Origin: an uncultured Elusimicrobia bacterium
Lineage (GTDB): Bacteria; Elusimicrobiota; Elusimicrobia; 2-01-FULL-59-12
Length of the DNA: 64,000 nt
Direction of reading: 5' to 3'
NCBI GenBank assembly: GCA_963702895.1
Contig: OY969767.1
Location: forward strand, 1,152,001 to 1,216,000
The first letter of the stretch is position 1. Each line of letters starts with the position of its first letter. The position numbers and the translations under genes were made by a program. The notes under the pieces are model-generated. The model had not been told where the DNA came from, made no database searches, and saw only the letters and a program-made list of their open reading frames with translations. This document shows positions 28,483 through 36,900 of this stretch, piece after piece.

Positions 28483-28574
28483 CTCGTCTCAACCTTGGCA
28501 AGGTCGCATCCTACCATTCCCGCCACTGAGTCTCTGGCGGGCCCGCCATGGTGTAGTGGCGGGGAACCACACCC
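28483..28574 (-). pseudogene. tRNA-Gly pseudogene with a 45-bp double-hairpin insertion in the D-arm; most of the T-arm missing
   Basis: Removing 28519-28563 restores GGGTGTGGTTC/AATGGTAGGATGCGACCTTGCCAAGGTTGAGACGAG. Confidence 0.8.
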
Positions 28575-28629
28575 ACTGGAGGCCTTCGCATAGACGTTCA
28601 CGATCCTGATCGAGTGGAGAATGGAATTA

Positions 28630-28711
28630 TGCCCAGGACAGGAGTTGAACCTGCAAGCCTTTCGGCATACGCACCTCAAGCGTACGTGTCTGCCAATTCC
28701 ACCACCTGGGC
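28630..28711 (-). tRNA. tRNA-Leu (GAG), CCA not encoded
   Basis: GCCCAGGTGGTGGAATTGGCAGACACGTACGCTTGAGGTGCGTATGCCGAAAGGCTTGCAGGTTCAACTCCTGTCCTGGGCA; long variable arm. Confidence 0.95.
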
Positions 28712-28890
28712 ATAATTCCATTCTCCACAGGCAACCTCATTCAGTCGGGACAATCCCATCTATACCCGCTCGCTTCAAGAGTTTCTAAAGTGGTTGGGAT
28801 CCCAATTCCATCCCCCTAACTCCCGGGGGATAATCCCGCTGCGTAAGCGAGCCATGAAGCAGGACACCACCAGGGCATAAAAGTCAAATT

Positions 28891-28988
28891 AAAGATCAGA
28901 AATCAGAGAGCAGAAATCTAATACACGGACTTTTATCGCGAGATCCACTGCCCTATTTCTGATCTCTGATCTCTGCTTTCTGCTCTGA
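28891..28988. repeat. Inverted heptamer-microsatellite hairpin downstream of tRNA-Cys
   Basis: AGATCAG AAATCAG AGAGCAG AAATC ... TTTCTGA TCTCTGA TCTCTGC TTTCTGC TCTG. Confidence 0.75.
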
Positions 28989-28994
28989 AGTAAT

Positions 28995-29067
28995 AGGTGC
29001 GGGTGGGATTTGAACCCACGAATAACGGTTTTGCAGACCGCCGCGTTAGCCGCTTCGCCACCGCACC
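28995..29067 (-). tRNA. tRNA-Cys (GCA), CCA not encoded
   Basis: GGTGCGGTGGCGAAGCGGCTAACGCGGCGGTCTGCAAAACCGTTATTCGTGGGTTCAAATCCCACCCGCACCT. Confidence 0.93.
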
Positions 29068-29122
29068 AAATTGTGGATTTGATTTTACAAAACGCGTCCC
29101 GGCCCGATGAATCTCCCTGCGC

Positions 29123-29413
29123 TTAAGGTCCGACAGGGCCACCCGTCGCCCCTGGGAGGCTCTCCAAGAGAGAACGCTGGTGGCGCCGGGATGAAAGGAT
29201 CGTTAACATGACTGACGTGATGACAAAAACAATCGCCATGCCCGTGGTCAGTTTCTTGATAAAGGCTGTCCCGGACGGGGCTGAGAAGAGCTGATCGCCC
29301 CCCCCTCCACCCAGCAAGCTGCCAAGCCCAGCGCCTTTACCTGCCTGGAGCAAGACCACCAGAAGCAGACCGACGCAGACGATAATATGGAGTAAAACAA
29401 ACAAGTTATACAT
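29123..29413 (-). CDS. secG: Preprotein translocase subunit SecG
   Basis: VLLQAGKGAGLG, two TM helices, position after the glycolytic genes. Confidence 0.92.
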   Translation of the reverse strand: MYNLFVLLHIIVCVGLLLVVLLQAGKGAGLGSLLGGGGGDQLFSAPSGTAFIKKLTTGMAIVFVITSVMLTILSSRRHQRSLLESLPGATGGPVGP

Positions 29414-29422
29414 AAAGCCCCC

Positions 29423-30076
29423 TTAGCTTACACTCGCGGCCTGGCGATTGTGGGCCAGAATGCGACCGGAAGCGTCGATCTCATAGGTGATGGGCAAGCC
29501 CGTCGGGATGTTGAGCTCAAGCACCTGCTCACGCGTCATACGTTCCAGGTCCATGACAATCGATCGCAGCGAATTGCCATGGGCTGCGATCAGGACATTC
29601 TTTCCGGCCTTGACGAGCGGCAGAATCTTGCTTTGAAAATAGGGAAGGGTCCGGGCGGCCGTATCCATCAAGCTTTCACTGATGCCTTCGGGGTTCAGAG
29701 GCGTCTTGTCCTTCGGCGGGGCAATATCGTAGCTGCGCCGCCAGAGATGGACCTGTTTGTCCCCGTATTTTTCGGCTGTTTCCTTTTTGTTGAGGCCCTG
29801 CAGGGCGCCATAGTGACGCTCATTGAGGGCCTGGTCCTTTTCGATGGGGAGGTTCCTCTGTTGCGTGACATCGAGGATGATGCTCAGCGTGTCTTGAGCA
29901 CGCTTAAGGCTTGACGTAAATGCGATATCGAAGCGGATGCCGCGCAAGGTCGTGCCGGCGGCTTTGGCCTCTTCCTCTCCCTTCGCGGAAAGCGGCACAT
30001 CGATCCATCCTGTGAAACGGTTTTCCAGGTTCCACTGGGACTGCCCGTGCCGTACGAGAATAAGTTTGCCCGCCAT
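29423..30076 (-). CDS. gpmA: 2,3-bisphosphoglycerate-dependent phosphoglycerate mutase
   Basis: [30 protein letters not shown]. Confidence 0.95.
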   Translation of the reverse strand: MAGKLILVRHGQSQWNLENRFTGWIDVPLSAKGEEEAKAAGTTLRGIRFDIAFTSSLKRAQDTLSIILDVTQQRNLPIEKDQALNERHYGALQGLNKKETAEKYGDKQVHLWRRSYDIAPPKDKTPLNPEGISESLMDTAARTLPYFQSKILPLVKAGKNVLIAAHGNSLRSIVMDLERMTREQVLELNIPTGLPITYEIDASGRILAHNRQAASVS

Positions 30077-30078
30077 GG

Positions 30079-31296
30079 TCAGGCCTTGGGGAGGGCCGCG
30101 ATACCGGGCAGGGTCTTGCCTTCGAGGAACTCCAGCGATGCCCCACCACCTGTCGAGATATGAGAAAGCTGCTCCGCAAGGCCCGCCAGCTTGACAGCCG
30201 CGACGGAATCCCCGCCGCCCACAATGGTCGTGGCGCCGTATTGGGTGGCCTCGGCGAGGGCCTTGGCGACACCGAGCGTCCCTGCTGCAAAAGGAGCCAT
30301 TTCAAAAATGCCCATGGGACCGTTCCAGACAATGGTCTTCGCTTTTTCAAGAAGCGTTTTGATAGATTGGATCGTGTTGGGACCGATATCGACGGCAATC
30401 TTGCCTTCCGGAATGGACCTGTCTGGTGTTACGGAAAAGATGGCCTTGGCATCGACCTGGTCGACCACCACATGATCCAGCGGCAAAAAAAGCTGAATGT
30501 GCTTCTCCTGGGCTTTTTTGATAGCGCTTTTGGCCAGATCCACTTTATCCGCCTCAACGAGGGAATTTCCCGTGGCCACGCCCTGTGCTTTAAGGAAGGT
30601 GTAGGCCATTGCTCCCCCAATAACCAGGGCGTTGACCTTGTCGAGCAAACTGTCAATGACCTCAATTTTATCTGAGACTTTAGCGCCTCCCAAAATGGCG
30701 ATAAACGGTCTTTCGGGGTTCTCGAGCGCTTTGGAGAGATAGAAAATCTCCTTGGCAAGCAGCAAACCCGCCGCGCTCGGAAGGAGTGCTGCGACACCGG
30801 CGGTTGAGGCATGTGCCCGGTGGACGGCACCAAAGGCGTCCTGGACAAAGACATCGGCCAAGGACGCGAGTTCCTTCGCGAAGGCCGGGTCATTGGCTTC
30901 TTCTTGCGCGTGGAAGCGCAAGTTTTCAAGCATGAGAATGCCTCCGGGTTGAAGCCCCTTCGCCAACTGGGCGACTTCCTCCCCAACACAATCCGGTGCC
31001 ATCTGGACCGTGCGTCGGGTGAGTTCCTCAAGACGTTTGGCGACAGGACGCAGGCTGTATTGGGGATTGGGTTTTCCCTTCGGTCGCCCTAAATGTGCGC
31101 AGAGGATAAGAGAGGCGCCCCGCTCAAGCAGGAACTGCAAGGTGGGGAGTGTTTCCTTGATGCGCGTGTCATCTGTAATGGCTCCCTGCTCGTTCAGCGG
31201 GACGTTATAGTCCACACGTACGAGGACTCGTTTGCCCTGGACCGGCAGCTCCTCAAGGGTGCGCTGAGCGATGCGCGGGTTGCTGGTGGTCGGCAT
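30079..31296 (-). CDS. pgk: Phosphoglycerate kinase
   Basis: [36 protein letters not shown]; start set at ATG 31296. Confidence 0.97.
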   Translation of the reverse strand: MPTTSNPRIAQRTLEELPVQGKRVLVRVDYNVPLNEQGAITDDTRIKETLPTLQFLLERGASLILCAHLGRPKGKPNPQYSLRPVAKRLEELTRRTVQMAPDCVGEEVAQLAKGLQPGGILMLENLRFHAQEEANDPAFAKELASLADVFVQDAFGAVHRAHASTAGVAALLPSAAGLLLAKEIFYLSKALENPERPFIAILGGAKVSDKIEVIDSLLDKVNALVIGGAMAYTFLKAQGVATGNSLVEADKVDLAKSAIKKAQEKHIQLFLPLDHVVVDQVDAKAIFSVTPDRSIPEGKIAVDIGPNTIQSIKTLLEKAKTIVWNGPMGIFEMAPFAAGTLGVAKALAEATQYGATTIVGGGDSVAAVKLAGLAEQLSHISTGGGASLEFLEGKTLPGIAALPKA

Positions 31297-31298
31297 GA

Positions 31299-32312
31299 TC
31301 AGCGGCCGGCCGCTTTCCCGATGATATAGGACACGAGGTCGACGACCCGCTTGGAGTAGCCCCACTCGTTGTCATACCAGCCGAAGACTTTCGCGAAATT
31401 GCCGTCGATAACGTCCGTGGAAAGCGCATCAAAGATGCAGCTCTTGTCGTTGCCGATGAAGTCGCGGGAAACAAGCGGAAGCTCCGAGTACTGGAGGTAG
31501 GCGCCGAGCGGACCGGCGGCCGCCTTCTTGTAAGCGGCGTTGATGTCGTCGCGTGTGGCTGGCCTTTCGAGCTCGACCGCCAGGTCGACGAGCGACACAT
31601 CCGGTGTCGGCACGCGGATGGCGATGCCGTTGAGTTTCCCCTTGAGCTCCGGGATGACCAGGCCAATGGCCTTGGCCGCGCCGGTCGAGGTCGGGATCAT
31701 GGAGAGCCCGGCAGCGCGTGCCCGTCGGAGATCCTTGTGCGGGAAGTCCTGAACCACCTGATCGTTCGTATAAGAATGGATCGTGGTCATGAGACCGCGC
31801 TTGATGCCAAAAGCCTCAAGGAGGACTTTGGCCAGCGGAGCCAAGCAATTGGTCGTGCACGACGCATTCGAGAGGATGATGTGCTTGGCCGGATCGAACT
31901 TGTTTTCGTTGATGCCCATGCAGATCGTGATGTCCTCTCCTTTGGCAGGAGCGGAGATCACCACGCGTTTGGCGCCTGCCGTGATGTGGGCCTTGGCTTT
32001 CTCGGCCTCGGTGAAACGGCCGGTGGACTCGATGACGATATCCACGCCGAGGTCTTTCCAAGGCAGCTGCGCCGGGTCTTTTTGGGCCAGGACTTTGACC
32101 GTCTTGCCGTCAATGGCGATGTCCGTGCCCCTGGCTTCTACGGCATGCGGGTCAATCCCGAAAATGGAATCGTACTTGTAGAGATGGGCCAGGGTCTTGG
32201 CGTCGGTGAGATCGTTCACGGCAACCCATTCAATATCCTTGTGGCCCCAACCGGCTTTCAGGACCAGACGACCAATGCGACCAAATCCATTAATACCTAC
32301 GCGAACGCCCAT
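31299..32312 (-). CDS. gap: Glyceraldehyde-3-phosphate dehydrogenase (type I)
   Basis: [29 protein letters not shown]. Confidence 0.97.
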   Translation of the reverse strand: MGVRVGINGFGRIGRLVLKAGWGHKDIEWVAVNDLTDAKTLAHLYKYDSIFGIDPHAVEARGTDIAIDGKTVKVLAQKDPAQLPWKDLGVDIVIESTGRFTEAEKAKAHITAGAKRVVISAPAKGEDITICMGINENKFDPAKHIILSNASCTTNCLAPLAKVLLEAFGIKRGLMTTIHSYTNDQVVQDFPHKDLRRARAAGLSMIPTSTGAAKAIGLVIPELKGKLNGIAIRVPTPDVSLVDLAVELERPATRDDINAAYKKAAAGPLGAYLQYSELPLVSRDFIGNDKSCIFDALSTDVIDGNFAKVFGWYDNEWGYSKRVVDLVSYIIGKAAGR

Positions 32313-32381
32313 GTGTATGTCCTCCTTAGAATTTCACCGCTTGAGATACTGTAGGAATCTGGCGGGATGGGGTGCATTCTA

Positions 32382-33131
32382 TCAAAGGTCCCGTGCCAGA
32401 ACAAGCCCAGAAATCGGCCCTATTCCGGCTTTGCGCAGAGTGCTCGCACACGCTTGGAGCGTGCTGGTTGTGGTACAAACGTCGTCGATGAGTAAAAGGG
32501 GCATGCCTTTGAGCCTGGCGCGCAGCGCTTGTGCTACAGGGTCAAGCGCAAAGGCTTCATGGACGTTCGTTTGACGATGGGCCCTGTCCAGAGTGGTCTG
32601 TGAGACGGTCTTCCTCATTTTCTCAAGCAGGCGTAAGACGGGTCGCCCAATGTGACGACCGAGTTCCTGTGCCAAGAGATCAGCCTGATTGAAGCCGCGC
32701 AAGCGTTCTTGCCGCTCAAAGAGTGGGACGGGAACAAGGCCCACCGTGGCGCCTAAGTCGGCATGGCACCGAAAGGCTTGGGATAAAAGTACCCCGAAGG
32801 GAACCGACAGAGACTTCCTTCCTAAATACTTGAAGCGATACATCGCTTTCGCGACCGCTCCCTGATAGACCGTGGCCGCTCGTACCCGTAAGGCGGGAGG
32901 GAACCTCTGACAGACGTAACACCATCTTCCCCCTTCGGGCAGAGGGATCCCACAAGCCTGACAAACGAGACCCTGAATCCGCGGGAGGTTCAGCCAGCAC
33001 GTGCCGCAGAAGCCTTCATCTTCGAGGCACGATAAAGGTGTCCGGCAGCCGGCGCAAGCCCACGGCAAGAAGAATCTTAAGAGATGAGAAGCAAGAAACG
33101 AGAGCTGAGAGACAGCTCTTCGACCTCTCAT
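32382..33131 (-). CDS. comF: ComF-family double zinc ribbon / phosphoribosyltransferase protein
   Basis: Four CxxC pairs, PVPL, RGFNQA, LLIDDVCTT; ATG 33131 overlaps the upstream stop (ATGA). Confidence 0.85.
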   Translation of the reverse strand: MRGRRAVSQLSFLASHLLRFFLPWACAGCRTPLSCLEDEGFCGTCWLNLPRIQGLVCQACGIPLPEGGRWCYVCQRFPPALRVRAATVYQGAVAKAMYRFKYLGRKSLSVPFGVLLSQAFRCHADLGATVGLVPVPLFERQERLRGFNQADLLAQELGRHIGRPVLRLLEKMRKTVSQTTLDRAHRQTNVHEAFALDPVAQALRARLKGMPLLLIDDVCTTTSTLQACASTLRKAGIGPISGLVLARDL

Positions 33132-33523
33132 GTCGGTTGCTTCTTTTCGCGTTTGGCGTTTGCTTGTGCTGTGCGAACGGAGGCTACTAGGATGGCGGTT
33201 AATTCGCTGCACTCTCGTCGTAGCGCTTCCAAACCGGGTTCTTGGACGAGAGCAGACTCCATAATCAATGCGAGCCAATAGCCGGACTCCCGCATTTCTT
33301 TGAGCGCGATATGCATTTTGTGAATAAAATCTGCGCGTGACTCTGCAGAGCGTGCTTCTTGGGCATTTGCACCACACGATGTCGCGGAGCGCGAGAGTTG
33401 CTCAGCGATTGACTTTAGATCGGAGATTTGTCGCAAGGCAGAAGTGAGGCGTAAGATGGCGACACCAAAGTCTAGGCAACGTTCATGAAATCTCTTCTTG
33501 TTAGTTGGCGATACGTTCATCAT
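33128..33523 (-). CDS. Four helix bundle protein (23S rRNA IVP / Avd-like, TIGR02436-type)
   Basis: QLSRSATSCGANAQEARSAESRADFIHKMHIALKEMRESGYWL. Confidence 0.93.
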   Translation of the reverse strand: MMNVSPTNKKRFHERCLDFGVAILRLTSALRQISDLKSIAEQLSRSATSCGANAQEARSAESRADFIHKMHIALKEMRESGYWLALIMESALVQEPGLEALRRECSELTAILVASVRTAQANAKREKKQPT

Positions 33524-33530
33524 GGACTTC

Positions 33531-33565
33531 TATCCCTTAGATGCAAATCCACGCACTTTATTCAC
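33531..33565 (-). promoter_or_regulatory. Bipartite motif GTGAATA-N13-TGCATCTAAGGGATA, copy 3
   Basis: Ends 7 nt before the ATG of four-helix-bundle gene 2. Confidence 0.75.
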
Positions 33566-33596
33566 TTTATCGTCGGAGAGACTCGAATCCTGGTGA

Positions 33597-33967
33597 AGAG
33601 CGATAGCAGAGAAACAAGAGTAGAGAAATGAGAAGCGAGAGCAAAGAAGCGAAAGCAGAGAAGCGAGAGCAGAGAAGCGAGAGCTGAGAAGCGAGAGCTG
33701 AGAAACGAGAGCTGAGAGGCGAGAGCAGAGAAACGAGAGCTGAGAAACGAGAGCAGAGAAGCGAGAGCAAAGAAAGCAGAGTGGACACACGTCATTGTCT
33801 CTTAACTCGCTTGTCGAGCGAGCCGCTGTCGTCTCTCGTTTCTCTGCTCTCGTTTCTCGCTTCTCGAGCGAGCCGCTGTCGTCTCTCGTTTCTCTGCTCT
33901 CGTTTCTCGCTTGTCGAGCGAGCCGCTGTCGTCTCTCGTTTCTCTGCTCTCGTTTCTCGCTTCTCGT
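33597..33967. repeat. Large heptamer microsatellite hairpin; the right arm is a 50-bp tandem repeat (3 copies plus a partial)
   Basis: GAGAAGC/GAGAGCA/GAGAAAC run at 33597-33781; complementary units start at 33806, 33856, 33906 and 33956. Confidence 0.92.
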
Positions 33968-33971
33968 ATTC

Positions 33972-36900
33972 TTAGAACTGGATGGTCAGCAGGGTGTTGA
34001 CTTCGTAGCCGTAGGTGTTGGCGTCGGAACTGACTTTGTTGGCCGTGTAGAAATAGTTGCCGCCGAAGCTCAAACGGATGTTGGAGGTCATTTCATAATC
34101 ATTCGACGTCGAAATCTTGTAGGTGTCCGTGTTGCTGTTGAGCTCATCGATCTTGGACCTTCGCATATCGACAGAAAAGTTTTCCGTCGTTCGAATGCGG
34201 TTGGAGAAGACCACCAGGTCCGCGAAGGGCAATTTGAGCCCGGCGGGCAAGTAGAGATCCGCGTAGGCCTGCAGGGCGGCGGTTTTTGTCCGGAGGTCGG
34301 CTGTTAAACGGCCGGAAGCATCCTCTGTTTCGCGCGAGGTCTGATCATACTTGGGTGAGAGGCGCCATTTGCCGACGTTAAAGCCCAATTGCATTCCGAG
34401 GACCGAACCATGTGTTTGGGATGTGGTCACGCTGTTGATACGGTCGTAGGAGCTGTCCGAGGTCCTTGTGTAGGTGGTATAGAGATCGAGTTTGCGAAGG
34501 ATGGTAAAGCGCCAGTCACCGCCATTGGTCGACGCCTTTTGCAAAGAGATCCCTGCGGTGTCCACCTTCTTGTGTTGCGTCTTCAAGTTCAACTGGCTGT
34601 TGGACATCCAGCGGCTCGCGAGGAAGAGATGTTCGGTCTGGGCGAATCCCATCAGCAAGTCTGGGAAGACCTGGGTGATGATTTTCGTTGGGGTGCCCGT
34701 GGTCTCCTGGCGTTGCCGCGTGTCCGTGATGTTCGACGTGAGCGACATCGTCCGGATCGTGCGTCCTGGTCCTGTCCATTGCGTGGCCCAGTCAAAGGGA
34801 CTCAGGCGCTGTGTGGAGCGAACGGTTTCCCGGATGGTCAGATTGGTTCTTGTCCCTGAACCCAGGCTGTTTCGGACACTGATCGAATTCAAGCTGTTGT
34901 AGCCGCCTTCAACCTCCTTCCAGCTGTCACCGTTTTCTACAAGGTAAGTTGTGACGACATTCATAGACTGCAGTGGACGCAGGCGCCGTGTTAAATCACG
35001 CCAGGCGAGATCCCATCCCGCCTCGGCGGTCGAGGTGCGGTCCACTGTCTTTCGGTCAGCGGCAAGGAGGTTGGCGGCCAGTGGCAGTCCAAAGGTCTCA
35101 CGGTTGGTGATGGTGTAGCGCATGCGGGGAGAGAACCACCGGCGGAAGCTAAAGACACCATCCAAGCCCAGTGTTTGCGTCTTGAGTTTGTCATATTCCA
35201 CCGTTTGCGTCGAAACATTGATGCCGGTCGATGTTGAGAAGAGCACATCTTTTGCCTCGTGTGTGATGGACCGTGAGAAGCTGGGGTTGATCGAGAAGCC
35301 GCTGGCAGGCTGGAAGCTCAGTTTAGCGTTGATGTCCTGCGTGTTATTGCGCGTGTTCGAAACGGAGAAGGGGTCGCTTGCATTGGTGAGGGCTCCATCG
35401 CCGAAATTGAGTCGCAACCGGGAATACCGATAGCCCATGGAGATATTTCGCGGCAAGAACCGGCTGCGTGCCGGGACATCGTAATCCATGGTGATGCCGT
35501 AACGATCGGCCTTGTCCGTGCGAAAAATCTGGGAGGAGACAGTTTTGTTGGCGTCGTAGAAAAGGCCAAATTTGGGGAGTCGCGGGATTTGGAGTGTGCC
35601 CGATCCTGAAAAACTCTTGTCCCGTACGTCTCCTTCTTGGAGGTAGGACACAAGGGTTGAATTCACCGTGTTGATGGCCGGCGTGATGGTATGGCGTTGG
35701 CTGCCTGTAAAGGCCATCGGAAACCAACTCAGGCGAGTGAGGTTCAAGGTCGCGGTCTGCTCATGGCGGTCCTGGTTGGTGATGGCGCTCGTGAATGTTT
35801 CGAAGTTCCGGTCGATATTTCTGGCAGATCCGGTCAGCGAGCCCCATCCGAAAAGATCCAAGCTGGCCTTAAAGGAGGACGCATAGCCTACGCGGCTGAT
35901 GACATCAGCCCCATAGACCTCGTTGAACCACAATTCACCTGATCTTGTCGCGGCCGTGGTGGTATCGACGCCAAACTTGAGCTGTGCAATGGACGACAGG
36001 TTGGGGTTACCCACGGCTCGAACGGTCCCGTCGGGGACACCGGAAACCCAAAGGTTGGGTCGCTCACCACCCGTCTGGTCAATCTTGATCTGCGTCCAGA
36101 CGTCTGCCACAAGGCTGTCGATCGGATAGGAAAACTCCCAATAGTCTGTGTCGGATCCAGCCCTGAAGACAAGATTAGCCTCTTGGCCTGAGCTTGTTTT
36201 GGCCGCATTCTTTCGAACAAAAAAGCGCACACTCCCATAAGGTGTAAAGTCCATGGGGGACACGGTGACATTCTTGGCCAGGACCGTTCCCGAGGCGATG
36301 TCATAGCTGTAGTTGACTGCCAAGGACTGCTCCTTTCGGTTGGTGGGCGTGGGACCTGTGAGGGCGGTGTTGATTTGGTTGAGATCATCAAAATCCGGGT
36401 CGCCGGCTGGCGAGACATAGCTCGCGTCGTCTTCCGTATTGATGGCCGTAACACTGATGGTCGAGCCCACGACGGTGGGGTCTTCTGGTAACCATCGGTT
36501 CCCGACGATGGCGATTTTGGCGATATGGATTGTCCCGGTTTTGGTGGCTGTTCCCCCAGGCTTGAGTGATAGGCGTAGCTCTTTGATGGCTGACCAGTTG
36601 GATGCTGTCGAAGAGCTGATGTTGAGCGGCACGCGGACAAATTTCCACCCGCTAAAATCAACACGATTCTCAGGCTCACCAGGAAATGTGATGGAACTGA
36701 TCGGGTCGGTCAGAAGATCGGCGTCGTATCCGATGTTTCCGCCAATGAGTATGTTTTCGGTATTGAGGACCCCGTTGCGGTCGAGGTCGTTCGAATCAAT
36801 ACGCAAGTTGTTTGCTCCGAGCGTGGCAACGGTTGAATCTGGGTTGATAAAGGGAATGCCGGTGTCTTCGCTGGCATCGAGGGTGTTATTGCCATTGGCG

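Larger units (their letters stand above)
24036..28502. mobile_element. Genomic islet at tRNA-Gly bounded by 75-bp direct repeats; no integrase seen
   Basis: 24036-24110 matches 28428-28502 with one mismatch; cargo includes AbiE TA. Confidence 0.75.

Noticed and set aside
33530..34307. ORFs 33530-33790, 33562-33795, 33567-33788, 33781-33975 and 33795-34307
   Set aside because: Low-complexity translations of the heptamer repeats, or antisense to the sprA-like gene.
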